Part shown: piece by piece, positions 48,288 to 61,437 of the stretch | Position numbering within the stretch: the stretch's first letter is position 1 | How the letters are laid out: every line of letters begins with the position of its first letter | Assembly (NCBI GenBank): GCA_010015805.1 | Contig: ML978132.1 | Location: 558,001 to 622,000 of the forward strand | Reading direction: 5' to 3' | From: Rhizodiscina lignyota | Taxonomy: Eukaryota | DNA length: 64,000 nucleotides | The notes under the pieces: model-generated | Told to the model about the DNA's origin: nothing | Database searches by the model: none | The model's input: the letters and a program-made list of their open reading frames with translations, nothing else | Translations under genes and position numbers: made by a program

Positions 48288-51200
48288 TCACATCCATTCA
48301 TCCTTGCTTTTCTTCGCTTTCTTCCCTTGCCGCGCCCCACCCTTCCCATCGTCATACGGCGCAAACACCACCGCCTCTGTATCCCTCCGATCCTGCTCCG
48401 CCCTCCACTCGCGCCCCTTCTTCGCAAACTCGACAACCTGCCTCCTAAACTCCTTCAGCCCATAGGGCTCCTGTTCGTTGTCCAGTATCTCAGCGCGACG
48501 CTTCTTGGTTGCCTCGTAGAGCGCCCAGGCCTGACGCGCGGATTCAATTTCGGAGAAGGAGTACTCGACTTTCCACTTGTCACCTGGAGCGAATGGATTC
48601 TCGGGACGTTGGACGGCTTGGCCGTTGACTTTGTTGCGAATTGTGAGGGTAAGGGCGAGAAGGGGGCGCGTCTTTTTGCCGTCGATGTCGGGGTGCTTTT
48701 CACCAGTAATGATGGAGTAGTGCGAGCGGCCGGACTCGTCGGGTTCGGGCTTGAGTTTGAAGCGTTTGGGTTTAGGGGGTTGTGGTGGCCATGCTTGGAG
48801 GTTGTCTTGTATGGGACTGCCTTCTTCTTCCGATGCAAGGTGTGAGGATATGTCTGCAACATGTGAGCTATCGTTGTTTCCAGAGTATAGGGTGATGGAT
48901 ACATACCCACTCGATGACGGTCATACTCTGAAATTCGGCGCAATTGAGCTTTGATGAGATCCTGTGTATGGTTCACATAGAAGAGAAGCGAGGACTGCTC
49001 TCCCTCCTCTCCTTGCTCCTCCTCGATTTGGCCTCGAAGAGCATCAGCCTTTCGGTCCAGCTCGTACAGTGACTGTAAGACAGCATTGAACTCCCTCTCC
49101 GATGGCTTCTCTCCGGCCTCGTCCGGAAGATCCGAGAATCCCTCATTATCGTCTTCAGCAGCTGAACTGATCGCCCTTTCCAATCTCGTCTTGAGCTCCT
49201 CGGCCGATACTTGCATTCTCAGCAGACGGCGCTCAAAGCTCAGTTCGTCATCAAGCTCATCCGTGTCATATGAAAGTCGCTCGTGCATCCCAGCATCCTG
49301 TTCCGAGCCTATCTCTTCCGCGACCTTGGCGCGAAGTTTCTGCCAAGCAATCTCATCGACATCATCTGGATCCATATCCTCCTCTTCTTCTTCGCCATTC
49401 TCAAGTCCGAGCAGATGCTTCGTCAATTTCTCGTTCTTCCGTTTGTTGCGTGATTGTATGGCATCAGCTTCCGTTTCCTCCATCGGCTCCGCAAATATGT
49501 ACATGAAAGCTGGGAGGGAGCGCGTCTCAAAGTGTAGGCGAACACTCTGTTCATCGTTAGCTGCTTCCATTACGCCGTTACAAACAAATACTCACTTGCT
49601 GGGGGAAGCGATCAGTCACTTGAGTGAGAACTTTTTGCAGAAGCTTCAGGCTCAATTTGAACTCTTCATCTCCAAGGAAAGTATCCTTTTGCCCGTGCAG
49701 AGCCAGGTCGAGATCTTCCAATCCAAGGTACTGGAAGCCAAAGATGCGCTCAATATTGTGATATGCCATAAAAATGCCATCCATTCTACCGAGACGAGCT
49801 TGCAAAGAGTAAGCAAGCATCGAATTCCTCGTCAAATCGTACAGCTCGCGCTCAAACGACTCCCATTGTCCATGTTCCTGGCGGAGCTCATAGCCGAGTC
49901 CAGCTCGGTGGTCTGTTTGGCCGTGCGCACGAATAGACACCACGGCCCTAGTTTTAATGTCGAATACGCCTGTTCCAGGAAGTCTTGGATCATGCGCGTC
50001 AAGCTGTGAGCGCGTCAAAATACTTCCAGCGGTTGTATAATGATATGAATTGGGTATCTGGTTCTCTTCGTCCGCCGTAATGCCGTTCGCATGCGACAAT
50101 TTGTAACGATCGTATTCCTTGGACGGCAGAGTAAGAAGCTTCTCCAAAGAATGGCCAAGCAAGCTCATGATATTCTGCCGATCAAAGTATTTGTCTGCAT
50201 CTATCGCATATCGGCCATTTCGATGTCTCAGGAAGACGGCAGCAGGCATCTTCGTGAATTGCGAGAACACACGAGTCTTGGGGTCAAATGTTCGAGAGAG
50301 CATGTCAAAAGTCAATGACCGCCACTGCGACAGCAAGAAGTGGAAATGCTTCAACATGCCAGTCATACTCGACGTAGATCCATAAAACTTGGCCTTGGAA
50401 CGCTTTGCCAGATCTCCAAGGGTAGAATCTTGCGACGGAGTCTCGAACATCTGAAGGGCTTTAAAGTTAAACTCGGATACGGGGAGGACCTTGTGCAGGT
50501 AAGGGTCGAAATTGAAAACCCTCGTTCGAGGGTCTTGTAACTGATACACTCCTGGGTTGAACAAGACTCTGTCCAGTCCATGGCACAGCCGTGGTATTGG
50601 CTGTTGCTCGACTTCAAGAGGTGAAAATTTCAAGCCGCGAGTTGTCATCGACCTGATGCCCTTCACACTCAAATGCAGATCATCCTCTTTCCAGGCAGTG
50701 TCGTCTTTGCTTCTTCCAGTTCGGCGCTTGGGAGCCTGCGTAGCAACTTCGTCCTTAGGAAGGCCCAAATGCTTCCGAATCCGCACAGCATCTTCGTCCT
50801 TAGGAGGGCCCATATGCTTCTGGATCCGCACGACATCTTTGGCGTTTCTTGTTCTACTCGAGCGCCCCCTAAGCCGCATAGCCGCGTCTGTCATTCTACT
50901 CAAGCGCATGCGAGCCCGGAGAACCGCTTCGTGCATATCTCTTCCACTGGAATGCTTAAAGTCGGTGTCGACCATTCTAATAGTTGCTTTCTTGGGAGCT
51001 CCCTCACTCAAATATTTCCGCGCAATATCGGCTTTGATCATTCTAATTGTTGATCTGTTGGGGATTCGTGTAGTCAAACGCTTCCGTAACTGTATAATAC
51101 TGTCACCGGCCATCCTAGTTGATCTCTCGGGGGTCCTCTCCGGTTGATCGACCTTATCCTCTGGACGCTCGCCAGTAACTCGCCGGACGACAGGCATCAC

Positions 51201-51629
51201 TAACGCCTTCCGCCTCAATTGCCCTTTCCTCAGCTGGTGAGGGGTCCTCTCTGGTTGATCGACCTTATCCCCTGGACGCTCGCTAGTAACTCGCTGGACG
51301 CCATGCGCTATTGCTATGCCTCGGATACCTCTTCTTCTCTGCAAACGCGTTTCTGGCTTTTTGTCTTTAACCGCATTTTTTCCCAATTCATCTATCGCAA
51401 GTGTCGAACGAGAGCGTCTCCGGGTAGGTCTGCTTGACGAGCTTGATTCATCGTTGTGGCCATCGTCTACATCTTGCTTGGCTTCCGTGGAGCTCGCTCG
51501 AAGGTTTCTCGTCCGGCGCGCAAAGGAGTCGTACGCAGGGGGGCGCTGGATACGAAGGCATTTGAGGCATGATGGGCACACGTATGCTGACAATTGTCTC
51601 CGGAGACTGCCCAGAGGCCCGCTGAGCAT
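48288..51629 (-). CDS. PET127: mitochondrial RNA-processing 5' exonuclease Pet127 (3 exons)
   Basis: LCHGLDRVLFNPGVYQLQDPR, STSSMT, RSQLDAHDPRLPGTGVFDIKTRAV and QARLGRMDGIF motifs; introns 49547-49595 and ~48854-48906. Confidence 0.93.
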
Positions 51630-52279
51630 TTGTTGTAAAAGAGGTGTGCGAAGGGAGCGACAATTCGCATTGCACGTGTGGTGTCGCTCAGTGTAAGCCG
51701 ACCAGAAAATCCATCGCGCCAAGAACCTTGATGGCGCGACGCGTCGCGGCCCGACACCGGCCCGTTGGCCGCGTGGCAAACGGGACCAGCGACTCGGAAC
51801 GTGGAAAGGGCGGAGCATCCCGCCAATTACGCTGTGCCGCTGCCGAATTACGTAGGCCAATTGGGCGCATAGCCATAATTAGCAGCCACGATAGTACAAA
51901 TGAGCGACCCTTTAATGAAAATTCACCACCACCAGCGCTGCCTTCACATGCCCGCGTCGCGTCCGTGCAACACGCAAACAATGCCGTCCTAACAATACAT
52001 CAACCAACCTCTCCGAACGCGTCCTGTTCGCCTCAATCGCTGTTGCGATGCGCGTCCGCGGCTGCAACTACTCCGACGAGCGTGACGGCTACAACAGGCG
52101 AGCGGGACGTGGAACATTGCAGTTTGGCCATCTCCCCTGCCATCGAACACTACCAGCGCTGGCGACACACGCTACTGATTGCTGTGTTATCACGGGCGAC
52201 AACGGCTGGCGTGGGAGGTGGGATATAAGCAGCGGAATAGGAGGGCGCTCTTCAGTCACAACCAGCGTACAAAGGCATA

Positions 52280-55200
52280 ATGACAGGCTCTCCAGTCGAC
52301 GGCACCACTTCCTGGAGCAAGAGGCGATCCATATTCTCTCGTTCCCCACTCGGTGCCATCAATGATGGCGCCAGCGGCGGCAGTGGAAGTGGGAGCAGCA
52401 GCACCAATAGCAGCGCGTCGAAGCTGGCTCCGAAAGCATTGAAAAAAAGATTTACGGCTCCGACATTCTCATCAACCCCAGCTCACACTCCGACCAGCTC
52501 CACCGACGATGGTTACTTGGAGGAGAATGAGAAAGACATTGGAGCACTTCCATCAAAACCGGCGCTGTCACTACGCACTGTCAGTAGTTCGGTTCGACCA
52601 CCTTCGATGTTTGGCTCAGTGCGCTCTTTCAAGTCTTCGGAAGACTTTGACGAACCAAGAACAGCATCATCCAGCCACGCTCCGTCAGATCATTTTGCAG
52701 GCACTCCAGACTCTTCCGGACGTTGTTCTAAGCATGTCATTCACCACGGCGAGGTGCAGACAAGCAACTCTCTCTTCAGAAAGAAACGAGAGTACTTGGT
52801 TCTCACCGAGACGCACCTGTACAAGCTAAAGAGCCAACAAAAGGCTAACGAAATGTTCAGCCAGTAAGTCCCAGTTGTATGGCCAAGATGTAAGCGTACT
52901 AAACTCTTAAGAATCCCAGCGTCGGCTCCGAATCGCAGCTCCATGATCGGACACGTTTCCCGGGCATCAACTAGTTCCTTCCAAGACTACCAGTCCTTCA
53001 ATTCCGATACACTCGACAGAGAATACGGCACACCGTTGCGGCAGGTTGTCGCTGTTTACCAGCTGGACGACGGTTCTCCATACTTTGCGCTTGAGGTAGA
53101 CTATTTGGAAGAGGACTGGAACCATGCTTCTTCCCTTAGCTTGCGATTTGCAGAAATGCATGAGCGTGACTCATGGCTCCGCCAAATCCATGCCGCTACC
53201 AATACGGCAATATTGAGCGATCCAAATCCTGTCTCACCTTACAACCATCAAGTGGCAGTCCGCATTGTCGAGAACGAACAAGACTATGACCCTCTGAGCT
53301 CCACAATCTTCAAAGTCGTACATCGCGCACACAAGGGGGGCGCTCGCCCTTTATCCACGGACGACGTCAGCAAGATGTCGAACGTCTGCTTCCTCGTGAT
53401 TGGTATGCATAAAATCCACCTCATACCTCTGTTCAAGAAGAACCCTACTCCGTACACTCCGCAGTCATACAAGGACGGCTCCACTCTTACGAAGAGTTTC
53501 GGCATACTCAGTTTGACCGCCATCCGCTTAAGCAAGGATGATGACACCTTTGATCTGACTTTCAGAGTACCATTTCAGGGACACAAAGTCCTTCACCTGG
53601 CGTCTCTGGCGTCGCGTAACATCGCGTCGCACGTTCGTAAAGTCGAAGATCGCTTACGACCGGAATGGGAGACACGACCATACTATATTGACGACCCGCT
53701 GCAGATGCGACCTGACTCGATAGCTGCATCAAATACTCTATCATTGGATATTGATTCTTTCGATCGCACTTTAATCGCATACTGTGTGGCGTATCGCATC
53801 AGACCAGACAATATTCGGTACTTCGTTACAGACGACGTCGAGGATGCTCCCCGTTTTGTGCTTCTTCCACCTTCAAGTACTCAAAGGCAGCAGTACAACG
53901 AGCTTGAGCTGCTGGCAGTGTTCCGGTCACTGCGATACAACGAATCGTTTCGCAGTATTTCATTCGCCAACATCCGCCTTGATATTCTAAACAACCTTCA
54001 CGATGAACACGGCCATGAACATGTCTGCATGAAGACTAAGAGGGGAACAGTATTGAAGATGGATTACGACGAGCAATGCCGATCATGCCTACTCGTGCAG
54101 GAACTTCGAGCTCTGGCAATGACCAACAAGAAGCTGAGGCGAATGGACATGTCTTCTACCATAACTCGCAAACCTGGAAATGCCGACGAAAACGATGGCG
54201 TGCGCGATCTGGGCTGCGGTATCGTTGAAGCGCTTTTTCCTCTCTGCAAGCTTCAGATCACCAATGTGGATTGGATCACGCTGAATGGCATTCAGCTTGG
54301 AGAGACCGACCTTGACTATCTTGTTGCAGCATCCGTCGACCGGAGCTGTCATTTCCGCGCGCTGGAGATGAGCGACTGTGGCCTGAATGACCGCAGCGTG
54401 ATGCTCCTTCTTGACTCTTTTCGAGCTCAAGATGATACTCTAGAAACAATGGACATCTCGAAGAATTCTGCTCGGCTCAGTCCGTCGACTTTCGGCCCGC
54501 AGCTCAGCGTATTTGGTTTTCTCAGGAGACTCAACTTATCGCATCTATCACGCACGTCGGATCCAGAATCTCTCATTCCCTTGGATGCCCTAATGGCTTG
54601 GAGGTTAGAAGAGCTTGTGCTCAGTGGAACTTCTGTTAACTCTGCCACGTTAGACGTCATCTGCCGGTACTTGGTGAGCCCGAAGTCGGACCTGTTGCAA
54701 GAACTCAAGTTGGACCACACGTACCTGTCTGGAAAGGATATAGCGATGGTGATGCGTGCGGTTGCCCGACATCCAGGCGGTCTCCGCTCTCTACACGTCG
54801 ACCTCAGCCAGAACAGGCTGGAAAAGGACCACAAAGATATGGTCGAAGCGATTCGAGAGGGCTTGACCCCTTCCTTACTCACGATACGACTGATGGAATA
54901 TGAGGACGAGAGCCACTTTCGCGAACTCATCTCAGCACTGACGCACAACACTTCGATCACTCACCTCGACATCTCCCACGTCTCACTGCCCTACCAGGCT
55001 TCAGAAGAGACCTGCCAAGCTCTCGAGCGTATGTTTGCGGAGAACGCTACACTGCAGTTCCTTGACATGTCCGGCGAAGAGTCGAGACTTGAGAGTTCAA
55101 AACTGGGCGTCGGCATCCACCAGGCCATAGCCGGCCTGAAGAGTAACACCTCGCTTCGCTGCCTGCGGATCCAGTGCCAGAACCTCGGTATGCGTGGCGC

Positions 55201-55927
55201 ACACACACTGGCCGACATCCTCAAATCAAACGAGACCCTCCAGGAGCTCCACTGCGAGAACAACCGCATCCCACTCTCCGGCTTCATGGACATTGTCAGC
55301 GCTCTGTATCTGAACCACACCCTACTGCATCTCTCTGGCATCGAGGACTCGCAGAAGGAGGCTCACAGCGTCGCCGAGTCACAGATCAAGGCCATTCGCG
55401 ATGAGCATCAATCCACCTTCCCTACCGGCAAGGCCGCATCTATCCGCGACAAGTTCACCGCCCGCGTCGGCGGCGTCACGAGGCGACAATCCGTTCGGCC
55501 ACCGATGAAGACCCAGAGCGTGGGCAGGAGCGAAGCGCTCGAAGCCCTCGGCGACCTCGACAACGTGTGGAACAAGCACATCGCGCTGATGAACTTCTAC
55601 ACGCACCGGAACCGCTGCATTGCGCTCGGCATACCCTGGGAGCCTCTCGGCGAAGAGTCAGCGTCCCCGAAACCATCGGCGACCAGATCCACGTCGTCGA
55701 ACACGCTGGGCAGGGTCCTGTCGGGGTCAGACCTGGATACGACGCCCAGGGCGGAGAAGAAGAGCTTCTTAGGAGATGGCGCGCCGGCAGGCGTGGATAT
55801 TGGCGTTTCTGAGGCGCCGAGCTCGGCGGGAGGAGGACTGCTGGAGGAAATTGAGGCGGCGTTTGGCGGGAGCGGAACGGATCCTTTCATGTCCGGCCCA
55901 CCTGAGCCGGACGGTCTCTTTGTATAG
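52280..55927 (+). CDS. large PH-like + leucine-rich-repeat (RNI-like) protein
   Basis: HHGEVQT...KKREYLVLTETHL (PH-like) followed by LRRs (LEELVLSGT, ITHLDIS, LQELHCENN); intron ~52864-52911. Confidence 0.85.
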
Positions 55928-56679
55928 TAGACGGCGTCCGGCGTTGATTGCTTAATGGGAGCGAGCGTGTGTGCTTGCATTTTCTTGGAGTTTTTTGATT
56001 GTAAATAGAATTGTTGATTTTTCAAATTTGGACATAGGGCGGGCTTGGGCACGGTACATATGAATGGATACGACATAATGCGGGGGACATGATGCATTGG
56101 ACCGGTTGGGCTTGGCTTGGACTCTTGGAGCTTGGTTGTAGGATAGGCTATTTCCGGTTGCCAGACATATTGTAGTGAGAATGCACATAATATGTGTCCC
56201 CGTTGCTGAATGAGTATACTTTGTGCAACTACATCTTGAGGATTACTTAAAAGGAAGTGCGATAATGTGGACATGCGGCACATAGACTGTTCGATTAACA
56301 TGGGCCAAGCTCGTTGAAGTCGTGCAAAGTCAAGAAGTACGGGCTGAAGTATATTCAACTAAACTTTCACGCAGGCTCTTACATAGTCTGCGGAGTAACA
56401 CCCGCATTTATTTCGATACTTTAACATTCCTTTCCACTTTGCGCTCCGACATCTCGAGTACGACCAGTGTAGTCAGACAACTCTGCCACAAGGGACGTTT
56501 TCGATAAACACAGACCAAATTCTTTGAAGCCGTGCAATTTGAGCACACACGGGTTGAACTACGTTGAATAGAACTTTCACGCATGCTGTCGCCTGGTTCG
56601 AATAGCAACAGCCGTATTTACTCTGCTATTTCTGCCTTCATCGGATTCAATTACTTCGGCCACGTACGTCTAGTCGAGG

Positions 56680-56930
56680 CGATGCTCGGTCAGTATATGC
56701 AAGCTACCAGTTAAGCTGTTGAGTATGATTGAATTGAAACTCAAGCTCTATGCATGAGCTAGGAGCTGAGGGAGTACTCCGGACCAAAGTGATACTCGAC
56801 CTACGCATGCAAGTTGGATGTTTATCCCGTATATAATGGGATTGAAGCTCAACTTCTAAGTACAAGGTGGGAGCTGAGTAAGTATATAAAATCAAAGTAA
56901 TGCTCGATCTACGCGTGCAAGCTGTAAGTC
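56680..56930. repeat. degenerate ~108-110-bp tandem repeat, ~2.3 units, inverted relative to the 36.6-kb array
   Basis: TGCAAG anchors at 56698, 56808 and 56916; GGAGCTGAG at ~56762 and ~56870. Confidence 0.7.
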
Positions 56931-57264
56931 ATTACTCCAATGAACGTACAACTAACCTTTCAGAGATGCTCTCATTCCCCCCTGAAGAGAAAGATCTGCT
57001 CGCCTTCAGGCGTTACAGCCTGGCCGGCCAAATACTTTGTCACTCTCAAGTCGCCCAAAGAGCGCCACTGTGGAGATGCTTTTTCGGCGCCGCAAGAGGG
57101 CGAGACTCCGTCTATGTAGGAAGTTTGGGGGTGGAGGCGTTGTCAGTTGAACCCTGCATGGAATGGCAATCCACTTGCCGCCACGTGATGCCGCTCATAA
57201 ATATCGCAAACTCCAACCTCTTGGTCTGCGCTACAACAACTCATCGATATTCAATGGATCCAAC

Positions 57265-57853
57265 ATGAGACAACATGGCAGCCTTCAGAACGATGAGGAG
57301 ATAAACGCGGCCGCTTGGGAGGCTGCGAGAGGAGCGGTTACTGGTGCCGTCCGGGTATGTGCAATGGAGTCGCGTGAGAGATGATGCTGGCCTCTGCGGG
57401 ACAATGTCCTGATCCCGAGGGCCAAATAGATGTTTGATCTAATACTGACTTCTTCGAAATTAGTGGGGAATTTACTCCGGCCTCGTCGGAGCCGCAGCAT
57501 ACTTCTACAGCCCGATATATCGAGGATTGACCATCCAATTCAAGGTGTATGTTCACCGGATGATGCTATTCCTTTCACTTTCTATTCGGAAAAATAATTA
57601 ACACACACTCAGCTTTCTCCAAATGAGTGGAATGTGTATCGGCTCCATGATTGAAGCCGATCAGCGACTCCGTTTGTACGAGACGCAAGTCCGTCGGCAG
57701 AAGCGCCTCCAAAGAGATGCGGCCGTCTGGCAGCGGTATGAAGCCGAGTTCGAGGCTAGAAGGGCAGCTATCGGACAAGGCCAGTCCGAAATGAAGACTC
57801 CAGCTTTGCGAAATGACAACGTCACGCATTTCGCAAAATCAGACGGAGAGTGA
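57265..57853 (+). CDS. small mitochondrial HIG1-related / Rcf3-like protein (3 exons)
   Basis: AAWEAARGA, SPIYRGLTIQFKVFLQMSGM and EADQRLRLYE motifs; introns ~57355-57462 and ~57547-57612. Confidence 0.75.
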
Positions 57854-57979
57854 TCGACGCGGATGCATCAGAATGTCATGTTTGCATTGGGCGGCGTTTT
57901 ATCATTGCATATGCATACTCCCATCTCAGCATTTCTAGTACTTGTAGCCCTCTAGAATGAGGCGAGAACATTCAACATT

Positions 57980-59564
57980 TTAGGCCACAGTTTTCTCCTT
58001 CATCTCAATGCCATACTTCTCTTTCAACTCAATCCTAAGAGGCTCATACTCTGGCGTGACCGGCGCAAGGACACCCTTCTTCTTCGTCCATTCCTCCTTG
58101 CCCGCCATCAGCTGCAAGATAGCTACACCGCATGGCACGCCCACCAACTTTGCCATCGCGCTGTAACCCTTCGGATCGCCATACTCAACCAGAGTGCTTG
58201 TCCTTGTCTCGTTTGTGCCGTCCTTGTGCTCAATCTCGAACTTGTGCTGAAGAATCACCATATCGCGCTCGCCCTCCTCATACTGCATCTTCTCTTCGAG
58301 AGTCGCGCACAGCGTGTCGAGCGGATTCTTCCGCGGTGTGATCTTTTCGTCGGAGAACAGGCCGATCCAGCGCAGGCCGGCGATGATGCGGTTCTTCTCT
58401 TCCGTCGATGGGAATTCCGTCTTAGAGCTGATAGCCCACACAAGATCGTCTTCGGAGGAGGACTTTGAGCCGAGAATCTTGCTAGTGGCCTCCTTCCAGG
58501 TGAGCTTGGAGTCGGGGCCGAGGAAGTCGTGCTCTGCTTCGCTAAGGAAACCGATGTCAACAAGTGCTTTGACGAACTCGCAGAAGCCTTGGTAGCGGAG
58601 TGAGCCACGGAGGACGGTTTGTGCTTCGGGGATGCTGTAGCGTTCCCGGAACGGAGTACTATCTCGGTTGGGGTATCCATAGAGAGCGTATCCAGGGTAG
58701 ATCAAGTACGGCTTAGCTGAAGCCATCAGGTCTTCAGATTTGATCTCGACAATCTTGCCGTCTTTGTAGACCTTGGCCGCATTTCGCAGAGCCAATAGCA
58801 CACCCCGAGCACTCCACGAGAACTTGTAGCCCAGAGGATTGTCGCTGGCTTCAGGTGCAGGTAGACCACCACAGTACGACAAGAAGCCTGTGATCTTGCC
58901 ACCCTCCTTGTGGACTTCGTCGATGGTCTTCACAGCCCAGAGGTGGTCGATGCCAGGGTCCAGCCCAATCTCGTTCATGACGGTGATGCCAGCGTCTTTC
59001 GCTTGCTGGTCAAGCTCCATCATTGCGGGAGAGACATAGCTGGTCGTTACGACGTTGACCTTGTTTCGGATCCCACTCTTGATCACAGCAGCATGGAAAG
59101 TGTATGGGATGAGAGAAACCACAACGTCGTTCTTGGCCACCTCCTTGTCCAACGCAGCTTCGTCACTCACGTCTAGTGAGATTGAATACGCATTTTTGAT
59201 GCCAGACTGGATATCAAGTTAGTGGTTATACGTCAGATATCAGATTTTCAATACTTACGCAGAGTTTCTTTGCGCTTTCAAGGGTTCGGCACGCTGTTGA
59301 GAGATACATGAGCGAATATAACTTGCACAGCATAGGACCACATACCAACAGTGACCTTGACACCTGCGTCTGAGAGGATCTGGACAGTAGGACGTGTGAC
59401 TGTAATTATTAGACTATCTTTCACTTGAATTTGGAGAACATTGGAAATTACCAAATCCTGCACCGAGCACGAGACTAATTTCGTCAGCGATAGTTGAAGA
59501 TAGCGTTGAGGCAGCACACTTACACTTTCTTTGATGAGCCGAGGATTGGTATCATAGACTCCAT
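57980..59564 (-). CDS. LYS9: saccharopine dehydrogenase (NADP+, glutamate-forming)
   Basis: LVLGAGFVTRP, VVTTSYVSP, NEIGLDPGIDHL and SYCGGLPAPE..NPLGYKFSWS motifs; several 5' mini-exons; TGACTCA at 59638-59644 upstream. Confidence 0.97.
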
Positions 59565-59874
59565 AATGATTAAGTGGTGCAATTGACTTTGATTCAAGCT
59601 CAAGGTTAGAATGAGAGCAGTTTTCACAAGTGACCTTTGACTCAAAATTTGTGTACGAAAATTGCAATGGCCCACCTCCGCAATCGGTGGCACAAAATCG
59701 GGCATCGGTGACGCCACACATGCGCAAAGCCACACTTGTCCGGGTTTTCTTCGGCACAACAGCAGTTCCGGCCACGACAACCTTTTGCAGCCTGCAAACG
59801 TTTTCCTCTTCCTTCTTCCGGGCTTCCACGCCTCATCCTTCTCACAACAGTTGAACAAGCTCAAGGCCTTCAGA

Positions 59875-61122
59875 ATGGATGTCTTCTGGACGTGGCCTCC
59901 GGTGACGAGGTACAGTAGTTCTCATGAGCGGAAGATTGCCCACCATATATTAACGAACTTGCAGGACCATGGTCGCCGTAAGCTTCACGATGTCCGTCCT
60001 TGTCCATACCCAAATGATAGGGTTTCCTTGGGTTGTCTGGATCCCTTCAAGGGTTTTCCGCATCCCTCCAGAGGTATGGCGGTTTGCCACATCGTTCCTC
60101 TTAACAGGTCCTCAATTTTCGATATTCATGGATCCGTACCTCAGTAAGTCAACGAACAGCCTCGTGGCGATTTGACTTGTAGACTGACGGTGCAAGTCTA
60201 CCAATATGGAACCTCTCTCGAACGAGAATCTCCACGATTCAGTGAAATAGGATCATTCTTTATATACATCATTTTCATCTGCAGTGTCATCTTGGTATGT
60301 CTGCACTTATATTTATCGCCCCCACTTCTCCAACAATCACCATTCCACTCTGTCATTACTTGAACCTCGAATATCTGCCCGCCCAGTTCTTCTAGCTGAA
60401 GCGGTTCCTGGAATCGAGGGAGATTACCCTTGCACTGTGCACGATCCATCATTCGCAATCAATCAAAAGGGTCGCTGTAGAGTGTGAGCACGGTGGGAGT
60501 ATCGATTGAGAAAGCCTCGCGGATCTTCTATTTCGTGTTGGTGGTTGTGACTCCCTACATCTCTTCACACATAATTCGTCTACTCTACCTTATTCGGTGA
60601 TCAGTCGGCATCCCACTGACTCTTCGAACAGGGCATTGCAGGATACTACATGGGCGAGTTTACCTTTATAAACCGTATGTTACACCATCACGTCCGTTAA
60701 TACAAAGCTAACGCTGTCGCTCAGCCCTCATCCTCGGACTCGCGTACACGTACTCGCAGGACAATGCCGAACGTATCGCCTCGTTCTTCATTATCTCGTT
60801 TCCCGCAAAGTACCTGCCGTACGCGCTCCTGTTCATCACCTTTGTATTGGGAGGCCCTGCTGCAGCAAAGGTTCAGGCCACCGGTCTTGTTGCTGCACAT
60901 CTCTATGATTTCCTCACTCGTATCTGGCCAACTTTTGGCGGCGGCACGAATTATATCCAGACACCGAATTTCGTAAAGAGGTGGTTTGGTGGTGATGGCA
61001 CGAGGCCGGCGCCTCAGAATAGAGGCTTTGGCACAAGCTTCGGAGCGCCAAGTGCACAACCACCTCCGAACACCAACTGGAGCAATCAAAGGGGGCCGGG
61101 AAGGAGGCTCGGCGGAGAATGA
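59875..61122 (+). CDS. derlin (Der1/Dfm1-like ERAD membrane protein)
   Basis: PPVTR, PEVWRFATSF, YQYGTSLE, PAKYLPY and GLVAAHLYDFL motifs, C-terminal SHP box GPGRRLG; 4 introns. Confidence 0.92.
60362..60562 (+). ncRNA. intronic box H/ACA snoRNA, snR43-like
   Basis: In the 337-nt derlin intron 60295-60631: hairpin CCTCGA...TCGAGG, H box AGATTA 60421, final hairpin GGGAGT...ACTCCC, ACA 60557; pocket TCTGC/TCCTG matches 25S CAGGA-U-A-GCAGA. Confidence 0.8.
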
Positions 61123-61437
61123 GACTCAGCCGCAACCCATTTGCCATCTCAAAATGTAACTTTAGAAGACATGAGGAATATCATGAATTATGTAACGCCG
61201 CTATCCGAACTCCCCCGCGGGCGCCCCGGCTTTAACTTCGTGCAGAGAACCTCGGGCATGCTATGCAACGAGCTTGATTCCATAATTCATTTTGTCTATT
61301 TGACCCGTCCTTGAAAAGCAAATCCATGTGTAGTGAAAGGTGACCAAAACCGCAGAATTTCATGCCATCCTTAGAATCGTCCAGTAGACTCCTGAGCTCT
61401 CATCCGCCAAATCACCCCCAAGTGCCCAATGTGACCT

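Noticed and set aside
57355..57462. C/D snoRNA in the first Rcf3-like intron
   Set aside because: Box C is imperfect (ATGATGC), the last CTGA doubles as the branch site, and I recognise no rRNA guide.
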